A stretch of 64,000 bases of DNA from Candidatus Sysuiplasma jiujiangense. GTDB lineage: Archaea > Thermoplasmatota > Thermoplasmata > Sysuiplasmatales > Sysuiplasmataceae. Shown here one piece after another: positions 20,164 to 29,232 of the stretch. The notes under the pieces were generated by a model, which saw nothing but the letters and a program-made list of their open reading frames with translations, did no database searches and was not told the DNA's origin. Within the stretch, counting starts at the first letter, position 1, and each line of letters begins with the position of its first letter. The position numbers and the translations under genes are program-made. Where the stretch lies: contig JAHEAD010000007.1 of assembly GCA_019721075.1 (NCBI GenBank), positions 1 through 64,000 of the forward strand, written 5' to 3'.

Positions 20164-21120
20164 ATGACGGTATGCTTCGGGCTATCCGTGACCAGTGAAG
20201 CGCTCCGGGCTGTCGGACTCAGGAAGACATACCATCCTCGCGGTGCATCTGCCGTTGAGGCGCTCAAAGGGGTATCCATGACACTCCAGAAGGGAGAACG
20301 GATAGCCATCCTCGGCCGTAATGGCGCAGGAAAGACCACTTTCCTGCGCATCTGCTCAACCCTCCTCCTGCCGACATCGGGTACGCTGGAAATCTTCGGT
20401 AGCGATGTGGTGGTCCACCCGGAGCAGGTCCGGCCGCTCATTGCAATTGTCCCGCAGGAGGGCAAACCTTTCTACCATCTGACACCCCGCGAGCAGATAT
20501 ACGCCTACCTGAGGGCCCGCGGGATAGACAGGGAACAGGCGAAGGCCAGGGTGGCGGAGGCCCTTGGTCAGATGGAACTGGATTCAGTGGCTGACAGATT
20601 GTCAGTCACGCTCTCCGGAGGGCAGAAGCAGCGGGTCATGGTGGCAACTGTCATAGCCACCAAGGCGCCGCTTCTTTTCCTGGACGAGCCGACGATAGGC
20701 ATGGATCCGTTCGCGAGAAGAAAAGTATGGGATTCACTGCGCAGCCTGACGCTGCAGGGTTCCACGATTTTGCTGACTACACACTACCTTGACGAGGCTG
20801 AAGAACTCTCGCAGCGTCTCTACGTCATCGAGGGCGGGCGCGTTCTTATCGAGGGCACCGCCTCCTCCATCAAACAGCAGGTCGGGGGGACGCTGAAGGT
20901 GTCGGTCGCCAACGGCAAGGCGATAAGGGAGCAGCTTTCGACATTCGGTGAAATCGTTCCGGACGGGTTAACGATACATCTAATCACCAGCCCTGAGCGG
21001 ATAAACGAAGTAATGGCCCTGGCTCTGCATAACGGCCTTTCCGCGACGGTGGGACCGGTGACGCTCGAAGAAGCATTCCTCAGGATCGTGGGACGATCAA
21101 TCGATGCAGGGGAGGAGTGA
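20164..21120 (+). CDS. ABC-2-type exporter ATP-binding subunit
   Basis: GRNGAGKTT, LSGGQKQR, LFLDEPT.GMDP, TTHYLDEAE, TLEEAF. Confidence 0.93.
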   Translation: MTVCFGLSVTSEALRAVGLRKTYHPRGASAVEALKGVSMTLQKGERIAILGRNGAGKTTFLRICSTLLLPTSGTLEIFGSDVVVHPEQVRPLIAIVPQEGKPFYHLTPREQIYAYLRARGIDREQAKARVAEALGQMELDSVADRLSVTLSGGQKQRVMVATVIATKAPLLFLDEPTIGMDPFARRKVWDSLRSLTLQGSTILLTTHYLDEAEELSQRLYVIEGGRVLIEGTASSIKQQVGGTLKVSVANGKAIREQLSTFGEIVPDGLTIHLITSPERINEVMALALHNGLSATVGPVTLEEAFLRIVGRSIDAGEE

Positions 21121-21130
21121 GGGATTGCCT

Positions 21131-21871
21131 ATGGGTATGATGTGGACCGGCATGAGCAGCTTCATGGCAACGGAGATCCGTGTCCAGCTCCATGAGTGGT
21201 TTGCCGTCGTTACCGGCTCACTTGTGCAGGTGGCACTGCTCGTCTTTGTCTGGGTATGGGCTCCGGGCCTTCTTTCATTTGCACTCATCGGTTCACTGTC
21301 ATATTCCATGTTTCTCGTCGGGCAGCGTGTCCTCAACGAGGCCGCCTATATACGTGTTGACCACAAGCTGAACGAGCTCTACCATGCCAGTCCGCTGTCC
21401 CCCGAGTCGTACTTCCTCGGCATGTCCCTGGGCATACTGATTGCCTACCTGCCTCCGGTAATACTCCTCTTCGCATTTCTGGAGATACTGCATCCGATGA
21501 ATCCTCTTTCCGTACTCGCGCTCATTCTTTCGCTCCTGTCGGTATGGGCCTTTTCCTCCGCACTGGGCTACAGCATTTCGACCAGGTTCAAGGACATGAA
21601 GACCATATGGCCCTACTCGAGCCTGCTCACCAACATGTTCGGCATACTCCCGCCTGTCTTCTATCCGCTTCGGTACTTCGAGGCCTCCCTGCGCACTGTC
21701 GCACTGCTCATACCGACCAGTTCCTCCGTTGCGCTGGTGGAAAATGCTGCCGGCATGGCGGCGCTCACGGGCCTGGAGGTACTCACTGCTGCAATTTCTC
21801 TTGCGCTTGAGGCCACTGCTTTTCTCGCCTTCGGCATCTACATGGCAAGGCGCACGGCAAGGGAGGCATGA
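21131..21871 (+). CDS. ABC-2-type exporter permease
   Basis: About six hydrophobic segments, PPVFYP motif, directly after the ATPase. Confidence 0.85.
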   Translation: MGMMWTGMSSFMATEIRVQLHEWFAVVTGSLVQVALLVFVWVWAPGLLSFALIGSLSYSMFLVGQRVLNEAAYIRVDHKLNELYHASPLSPESYFLGMSLGILIAYLPPVILLFAFLEILHPMNPLSVLALILSLLSVWAFSSALGYSISTRFKDMKTIWPYSSLLTNMFGILPPVFYPLRYFEASLRTVALLIPTSSSVALVENAAGMAALTGLEVLTAAISLALEATAFLAFGIYMARRTAREA

Positions 21872-21875
21872 ACAC

Positions 21876-22649
21876 ATGAAAGGTGACGGGAGTGACGGGA
21901 TGGCGACAGCCGGAACACGCAGAGGGAAGATATTTCCTGCCTTCGCGCTTGTTGGCTGGCGATGGATTGCACGCAATCCCATCGCCGTTGCTGTGCCGGT
22001 GCTTCTGCCGTTCTTCTTCCTTTACTTCCTGCATCTGATATCGCAGCCGAAATACTTTCCGCTCGAGGTTGCAGGCGCCATGCTCTTCACGACACAGAAC
22101 ATAGGAAGCTGGTGCCTCAGCGATGCCGCTGAAATGCGCCTCGAGATGAAACTGCAGGAATTGTTCACAGCCTCCCCTCTTGACCGCATCCGTTATCTCT
22201 TCGGCATTGCATTCTCAAACCTCATACCTGCGGCGCCGGCTCTTGTCGTATTAGGCATACTGCTCTCGTTTGTGACGCACGTTTCGCCGGAGGCCTGGCT
22301 GGTTCTCGTGGCTTCCATCTTCGCAGTGTGGATACTCTATTCGGCTGTCGGCCTTGCCCTGGCAAGCCGTGTCAGGAGCCAGATGGAGGTCTGGCCTGTC
22401 GGCAGTCTTGTTTTCACATTCCTCGGCATCTTCTCTCCGCTTTACTATCCTCTTTCAGTGCTGCCTCCCGCATGGCAGGTTGCGGCGCACTTCCTTCCGG
22501 CCACTTATGCCGCCCTCCTGGTCCAGGGGGCGCTCGGTTTCACCAGCGTGACAGTCGGCGGCATGCTGCTGAACGCGGCGCTGCTTGTCATTTCTACTCT
22601 CGCCGGTCTTGTCATTGTCCTCCGCCTTTATACCTGGCGCGAACGCTGA
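21876..22649 (+). CDS. ABC-2-type exporter permease (second)
   Basis: About six TM segments, SPLYYPLSVLP..WQ...P.TY motif; GGAGG RBS before ATG 21876. Confidence 0.85.
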   Translation: MKGDGSDGMATAGTRRGKIFPAFALVGWRWIARNPIAVAVPVLLPFFFLYFLHLISQPKYFPLEVAGAMLFTTQNIGSWCLSDAAEMRLEMKLQELFTASPLDRIRYLFGIAFSNLIPAAPALVVLGILLSFVTHVSPEAWLVLVASIFAVWILYSAVGLALASRVRSQMEVWPVGSLVFTFLGIFSPLYYPLSVLPPAWQVAAHFLPATYAALLVQGALGFTSVTVGGMLLNAALLVISTLAGLVIVLRLYTWRER

Positions 22650-22937
22650 ACATACCCCGGAACAAACGGCAGAAGAAAGGCACATGGCTTCCGGACAGGG
22701 TGCATCAGGACTTCATTACGCTGCCCTGGAACGGTTTAAAGGGATACAGGCAATTTGCACTTGAGAAAGAGGGCAGGCCCAGCAAGCGGATTACAATGAC
22801 GGCACTCATGGCCCTCAGGAGGGTCCGGGAAGCGGCCTGATCACGCAAAGTCCCGCGGGCATCCGGACCGTGTGGATTGGAGGAACCGTGCCTCGGATGA
22901 AGCGAACGAAACACATGGGGGGAAGCGCAAAGCAGTG

Positions 22938-22990
22938 CGAAAATCGCACGCAGCCAAACCATCCGTTCAGACATGTTCCTGCTTTCTCCC
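22938..22990. repeat. 53-bp direct repeat, copy 1 (copy 2 at 27927-27979)
   Basis: 46/53 identical by manual alignment; on the minus strand both copies encode an RBS plus MSE(R/W)M(V/I)WL(R/C)AIF. Confidence 0.85.
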
Positions 22991-23134
22991 TGCTTTGAAT
23001 GGCAACACCACCGGCAGGAACCTGTTGTGCAATTACAGACCGGTTAAGCATTAAGTCAGGATTTCTGGACATAATCATAAAATTGCAAGGAAAGTTGAAA
23101 TATCGAGTTGGAGATTCTATCCGAGGGGAAGTAA

Positions 23135-25525
23135 GTGAAACCTCTGTTGTCAGTGTTTTGTGTTGCATTGCTGCTGGTCGCATTCGGTACTGCGTTGGGC
23201 ACGGTCCACACCGGGCCGGATAAAGCGTTTACCGGTAAAAGTGCGGCAGCGCCATTGAATTCGGCTCTTCCCCTGCAGCCGCGGAGCACGGATCAAAGGG
23301 CGGCAAATATTCTGAATGAATTGAGATCCAGGCATGTTCCTGTTAATTATGCTCTCCTGCCCAATTTCAATGCCAGGGTCTCGATTACAAAGGGAACGGT
23401 TTCTCCCCTTTACACCTCTTCTCCGGCTCCGATGGGGATCGGTGATTTCGGCCTGATTAACACAAGCTCAGGCATTGTTGGTTATAACACCACGACTTCG
23501 AGCATAGAAGGAACCATAGCATTCAAAGGGCTCCAGCCCTTTTATCTGCTGAATGATGCGCCTCAGACGGTCACTGTTCAGCTCAATGCTGTACTGGACA
23601 ATGTAACCCTGTTCGGTGTTCCTGCGTACAGCTTCTGGACACAGAATGTCTTTTTTTACTCGCAGAGAACGCACACGCTGACCTTCCTTGACAACATATG
23701 GAACTTTTCGAGCCCTGCCTTTGATTTCACGCAGAACAGTCTGTACAAACACAACGGAACCATAGTAGCACCTGTGTTTTATTTTGATGTGGGACCAACG
23801 ATAAGCGTTGGCTATCCTTTCACCGTCAATCTCTATCTGAACTCCACCGTGCTTCAGGACAGGACGGCCGTGTTCTTCAACTACTCCATCTCTTCCCCTA
23901 CCCTGCATTCCACGAAAAGCGGATCTTATGACGAGGTGCTTTTCAATTCAACTTCCCCCGGTATTTCCACGCCAACAATGCCGGCACCCTATCTGATTAG
24001 CGGCACCACAGTCACGCCGACCGGGTATCTGCTCTATGATGCCGAGCTCATGATAGGCGGACCCGGAGGCGGCAGCACAACATCAATTTACAGCATAAAT
24101 GGCACAATGCGGCTGCAGTACCTGAATTCAACAACCGGAGTCTACAACAATGTGCAGTCCGCATTTGACTTCGGGACGGACACCGGTGAGACATCCGAGG
24201 GTGTTGCAGTCTACTGGACTCAAAATGCAGTGGCCCACCTGACAGCAGGGCCGTCCCTGCTCTACGGTATGTGGAATTTGTCCTCTGGCTCACAGGCCGG
24301 AGCGGACATCATGATAAGCGGCACTGTCAGTCCGTCCAATGCATTTCTCTTTGTGAGCGGCGGAAGCTCATTCAACAACACATCGGCCGCATGGGCGCCT
24401 GTGCTTCCGAACGGCATGTTCAACTTCAGCCTCCCTCAGGGAGTGTATTCCGGTGCGGTCCTGATGAGCAACTATGAGCCGGAGTACAATTTGCAGATGG
24501 GACCGGATATGACTGTAATGCTCACGGCCAACGCCTCGGAGGGAGTGTATACACCCCTGTTTGCATTTAACAATATGCAGCTTGCGAACCTTTCCAGCAG
24601 CGGCAATGGCACTATGAAGAGCCCGTACAATATCACTGCGACTGTGATAAACCCGATAAACCAGCTGTTCGGCGAACTGAATGACTTCTTCTTCCCGGTA
24701 TTCCCTGGAGTAATGCTGGTCAACACATCATCCTATGCAGTGCTGATGGGCCTGCCCTCCTTCTATATACAGTATCCGGTTTCACAGCAGTTTGCACTCG
24801 AATTCTTCGGATTCCCGATATGGAATTACATGCCTTTTGAGACGTACGGCGCTTCGAATGTGAGCATAGTCGGATCGCCATTCATTAGCGGCTGGTACCC
24901 AGTGTTCCTGTACGGTTTCCCTCTTGCGAATCTCATCGTATGGAACTCAAGCAGCGTGCTCATCGCCGGAAACTACTTCTCAAGCATGGGCAGTTCAGCG
25001 CTGATATTCAACAGCACCGATGTGCTTGTATGGGGCAATGTATTTGCAGAAAACAGCCTCGCGGGTATTTCGGTTACTCACCCGACCCGTTACTTCGAAT
25101 TCGAGCTGGCACCCATATATCCTGCCACGGTTCCGACCGGTCTCAGCGTCTTCTCATCCGGCGATACAATTTACAACAATGCGTTCATTGTCGATCTTCC
25201 GGCGATCAGCCCCGACTTCAACATATACACATTCGCCGGCGCGACTTATATGGACGCATGGAATGTGTCATTCCAGCTTGTCAAGAATGCAATGCCGTAC
25301 ACGTTCAATGGAATTGCAATTCCGCCAGTGAGTATTACGGGCGGCTCATACCTGGGCGGTAACTTCTGGTACAACTATCACCCGCGCAGCACACTGAAAC
25401 TTCCATTCAACGACAACGGCTGGATCGCGAACGGAGGGGACTATGTCCCGCTTGTCCTTGGAAGTTCCCAGTCAAGCAGCTACAACAGTGTCCTTCAGCC
25501 GCTTGATCCTGGCATCAGCGCATAG
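23135..25525 (+). CDS. Thermopsin-family (A5) protease with signal peptide and C-terminal beta-helix region
   Basis: Hydrophobic N-terminus; PAPMGIGDFG, QLNAVL, FWTQNV, DNIWNFS, DAELMIGGPGGG, FDFGTDTGETS; IYNNAF, GGNFWYNY, GGDYVPL. Confidence 0.9.
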   Translation: MKPLLSVFCVALLLVAFGTALGTVHTGPDKAFTGKSAAAPLNSALPLQPRSTDQRAANILNELRSRHVPVNYALLPNFNARVSITKGTVSPLYTSSPAPMGIGDFGLINTSSGIVGYNTTTSSIEGTIAFKGLQPFYLLNDAPQTVTVQLNAVLDNVTLFGVPAYSFWTQNVFFYSQRTHTLTFLDNIWNFSSPAFDFTQNSLYKHNGTIVAPVFYFDVGPTISVGYPFTVNLYLNSTVLQDRTAVFFNYSISSPTLHSTKSGSYDEVLFNSTSPGISTPTMPAPYLISGTTVTPTGYLLYDAELMIGGPGGGSTTSIYSINGTMRLQYLNSTTGVYNNVQSAFDFGTDTGETSEGVAVYWTQNAVAHLTAGPSLLYGMWNLSSGSQAGADIMISGTVSPSNAFLFVSGGSSFNNTSAAWAPVLPNGMFNFSLPQGVYSGAVLMSNYEPEYNLQMGPDMTVMLTANASEGVYTPLFAFNNMQLANLSSSGNGTMKSPYNITATVINPINQLFGELNDFFFPVFPGVMLVNTSSYAVLMGLPSFYIQYPVSQQFALEFFGFPIWNYMPFETYGASNVSIVGSPFISGWYPVFLYGFPLANLIVWNSSSVLIAGNYFSSMGSSALIFNSTDVLVWGNVFAENSLAGISVTHPTRYFEFELAPIYPATVPTGLSVFSSGDTIYNNAFIVDLPAISPDFNIYTFAGATYMDAWNVSFQLVKNAMPYTFNGIAIPPVSITGGSYLGGNFWYNYHPRSTLKLPFNDNGWIANGGDYVPLVLGSSQSSSYNSVLQPLDPGISA

Positions 25526-26561
25526 GGAAGCGTTGCCGGCCATTAAACCGGCCCGGCTGCGGCAATACAGTTTACGACTGTGAAATCGGCACTTGTTCAT
25601 GCGACCTTGAAATACCGGACTCGAAGCCGCCGAAACAGCACTTCCAGTGCAGATAAACCGCTCAATCATATCTGAAGAAGGATGCGAGTGTCACAACGAA
25701 CACAGTGGGTGCAGGCATACACAGGATACTGTTTTTCAGGTGAAAAGATCGTTGCTGCCGAAATCCGATGCCCCCGGTGCCTGCAGCAATGGGCGCCCGA
25801 AACGCGATGACCAGATAGCAGATGTAAATTAACATGGCGGCCAAATGTGCTCCCTTGAGATTTCTTCCCTGCCTCCTCTGCCGTCGCTGGCAATCCCTGA
25901 ACCGTTGGATGGTATCGGGCTCAAGCCTCAGTATCCCGGCGTGCCTGAAGCATGCACGTGTTCGCATCATGGTTATGAAAATGGTTGAACAGGGATGCTT
26001 GAATGAACACCATCGATGCTATGGAGGCGAATCGGTTATCCCTGATTGCTTACTGTAGAGTGCCTGCAGGTGCTCCGAGCTTGCAGGATTGTATATCCGG
26101 TTGCCCTTTGTGGGAGAACAGGGCCTTAAACTGTCTGTGATCTGCCACTCTATATTTCTCATGGGCGCGGTAACAGCTGTCTGTCCCCAGATCACTCTTA
26201 ACTGCGCCGTGATCACGCAAAACCGGAACTGTCTTGGCAATGGGGATTATCGCGATCGTTTGTAGACACCATTTTCCAGGCCAGTGTAAGAACATTGTCC
26301 ATGTTGTCTTCAGGCACTTCCCCGGCTCCGTGTATGCCAGCTGACGCAGGAAAAAGGCTCAGTCTCATTGTCCCATGCAACGATCGTTCGCAAATTGCGA
26401 TGGTGATGCAGGAACAGGTAATTCCGCACGGCGCTTCATTCACTGGAAAACCGTGTTCATCTGCCTATTGACAGCTTCGTTTTGCCGGAACACCGCTGTT
26501 CTCCATTGTCTGCCTGCAGCCCGAGTCGTGTTACGATCCTGGCATTTCATCTGATCCACCC

Positions 26562-27845
26562 CTAACCGGCACCGCAGAGCCTTTCAGTGTTCCTGGAGGC
26601 GATCCTCAGGAGAGCCTGTGTGGTTGGTGATGCCGGATACGATGCCTGAGACAGCAGATTTGACGGATTAAAGGCGTATCCCGTGAATTTCTTCCCGCTG
26701 CCGGACCATAGAACTGTCCCTTCATCGTCCCTGGTTACAGGCTTTCTGAATATCTCCTGAAATGAACTGCCATGGAATACTGCACAGGTCAGGATCTGCG
26801 GCTTCAGGTTTATGGGATCGATGACTACGCCGAGAAAGTAGAGCTGCAGCCTCCCTGTCTTTCTTGCTTCGTCAAGTTCCCTGAATGGTTTGTCTGCGGC
26901 ATAATCGGGTACGGGCCTCGCCTCCTGATCGTGTGTGCCCAGCAGCTCCTCGTCGTACTCCCTCATTATGTTCTTCCAGAGATCAAAGTCTTCAGAGAGT
27001 GCTTCCGCGCCGTCGTTTGTAGGCTGGAACTCGCCTGCGGGTATCACGTGCACCGAACCCTTCCCCTGCGCTACATCGCGTTCGCTGCGCCTGTGCAGCA
27101 CAAATTCAAATCTTCCCCCATTCTCATAAACGGTCAGCGTGTTGATGCCTGCAACTGCGCATCTTGTTCCGAAATTTGCGGGATATCCGGCAGTCTCCCT
27201 GACTTTCATCCTGGGCAATGTCTCCGGCGCTGCCCTGTCGTCATCGTGTTTTACGAAATACCTCGCAATTTCATATGCCAGCACTTCCTCGGTGTCATGG
27301 TGGTCAAAGTACTTTCCCGCGGTAAACCTCAAAGAGAATGAATCATGGTCAGGCTCAACAGAAAGCAGCCTGTAGGCATTCCTGTTGCTGAAGAGCGACG
27401 GCCTGTCCAGTGTTGAAACAGCCTGCGAATACCTGTGGTAATTGTGGAACCAGATTGCCCCCGGTCTGTGCGGGAGCAATTTCGAAGCCTTCTTCAGGAT
27501 ACTGCCGTATTCATTCTGCCTGTCTGCGTTCATCTCGAGTATTATTCTGACCCGCTCGAGTTTCATAGGGCTGGCAGGCAGCCAATCCCTTTTGAATAGA
27601 ACGGGACCGGTGTATTCGGCACCTTCACCTCCACCGTGGTACATATCCCCCTTCAGGCCGCTGTAGTACCCGAACGCTGCAGTGGCAAGAGTCGTGACCC
27701 TTTCTTCCCTTAGATGTTTCCGGATGTCGATGAACTCATCCCTGCTTCCGGTCAGCCAGCCCCTCAATCCGAAGAAAATTGCCACGGCTGTGACAGCAAT
27801 GCCTATCACAGCCACATAAAGAGCCAGCATACCCTGGGAGTACAA
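26562..27845 (-). CDS. Single-pass membrane protein with a NUDIX-like cytoplasmic domain
   Basis: N-terminal TM helix; FSNRNAYRL, YFDHHDTEEVLAYE, LHRRS, VHVIPAGEFQP, DFDLWKNIMREYDEELLG (degenerate Nudix box); GAGGTG RBS before TTG. Confidence 0.7.
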   Translation of the reverse strand: MYSQGMLALYVAVIGIAVTAVAIFFGLRGWLTGSRDEFIDIRKHLREERVTTLATAAFGYYSGLKGDMYHGGGEGAEYTGPVLFKRDWLPASPMKLERVRIILEMNADRQNEYGSILKKASKLLPHRPGAIWFHNYHRYSQAVSTLDRPSLFSNRNAYRLLSVEPDHDSFSLRFTAGKYFDHHDTEEVLAYEIARYFVKHDDDRAAPETLPRMKVRETAGYPANFGTRCAVAGINTLTVYENGGRFEFVLHRRSERDVAQGKGSVHVIPAGEFQPTNDGAEALSEDFDLWKNIMREYDEELLGTHDQEARPVPDYAADKPFRELDEARKTGRLQLYFLGVVIDPINLKPQILTCAVFHGSSFQEIFRKPVTRDDEGTVLWSGSGKKFTGYAFNPSNLLSQASYPASPTTQALLRIASRNTERLCGAG

Positions 27846-27926
27846 TTCAGCTCACCTCTTCAATAACCGCTACAGTGCGTTGCCGCCGGTCTTTCAGCAT
27901 AATCGGGACGGCATCCGAAGACATGT

Positions 27927-27979
27927 CGAAAATCGCACACAGCCAAATCATCCATTCTGACATGCTCCTGTTTTCTGCC
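27927..27979. repeat. 53-bp direct repeat, copy 2
   Basis: See 22938-22990. Confidence 0.85.
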
Positions 27980-28270
27980 ACATAATTTATCGGTAACACA
28001 GATAATCCATTATAAATTCAACTCATGTTTACGTCTAAACGAGCCTAACCGGTCGATTCGAAACAATACGGATACCGCACTGGTCATTTTCTGAAATGCT
28101 GCAGTCATTCGTGTAGAAGCTGACCATTACATGTTTTTACCGGGAAAAGGTTGCGAAACCCAATGACTTCGACCGTGCGATAGATGTATGCATATAAACT
28201 TCATCGGCAGGTGTGAACTGTAGCCATAAAGGATTTCTGTATATTTGTTCACAATCTCCATTCTCAATGT

Positions 28271-28444
28271 TGTCCGAAGTACAGGAGGCACCAGCTTGTT
28301 GACAGCATCAAACAAAAACCGGAAAGCACCATCATGAATGTTGCTACCGAACATGAATGGGACATCCTTGCAATGGAGGTGATGTCGGACCGCGTCCGGC
28401 TGTCTGTCTCCTTGGTTCTAAGGACTTTTCCGCACAGGGTGTGA
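28271..28444 (+). mobile_element. tnpA: IS200/IS605 tnpA (Y1 HUH transposase) remnant
   Basis: CPKYRRHQLV...EHEWDILAMEVMSDRVRLSVS; the HUH motif DHVHL has decayed to DRVRL; too short for the ORF track. Confidence 0.7.
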
Positions 28445-29232
28445 CTAAGACGTTCGAGGGGAGGAGTTAGATAACCGCTCTGAATCATTCACGAAATCAC
28501 AGGGAAACCGGCAAATTTTGATATGCCGGGATTCGGTGCGCCGCGAACTTCGGAATCACGGGCCCACCAGTGAAAACTATTATGAAACTCTCCTCCAAAG
28601 GCAAGAATATCGCGAATGTTTTAAGGAGGCCGGATGACATCCTTCGCAGGGATCCGTAACGGCTCTGAGGACAGACAACGAGGCTTTTACCTGAAGGGCT
28701 GGACTAATGTGGAACAGGAGAAGCTCACATTCATCCCTGGTCAGTCCGGCTGGTTGGGCGCCTATCCGTCAGTGATTCTGATTTGAGTAAGAAGATATCT
28801 GCCAGGCAAACTAGAGAATCGCCTGGCGCCCATCTAATGACAAGAAGGACGCTGGTTTCATTCAGGGGGAAAATGGCCGGAATACAGCGATAATTGAGGA
28901 TCAGGAGCAGCTCCATGGTGAAATTCACGTGCAGCATTTCAGGAGAATTGCCTCGACAAAAAGCACGAGCTATTCCGTGTACTGGCCATACGGGACAAAG
29001 AAAGTTTGCCTTGATATGGAACTGGGTTTCCTATCGGAGCTTCGAATACATGATTACATAAATCTGAGAGTCAAACAAGGGGAGACGGAGCGATGAATTA
29101 AGGCAAAATAACCGCCTTAATTCCAATGGACCGTAGAAGAAACTGTTCACATGACTATTTGTCAAACAGAACAGTGAACAAGTTGTTCATGCAAAAATAA
29201 AAGGGAAATGGTTTGGGGATGGGAGTTGCGGA

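Noticed and set aside
25530..26560. 1-kb gap with several short ORFs, possible integrase or ncRNA
   Set aside because: No recognisable motif, repeat or convincing structure; probably decayed DNA
28500..28660. HxlR-like wHTH tail (GPPVKTIMKLSSKGKNIA)
   Set aside because: Short fragment with no start; cannot be supported without a search
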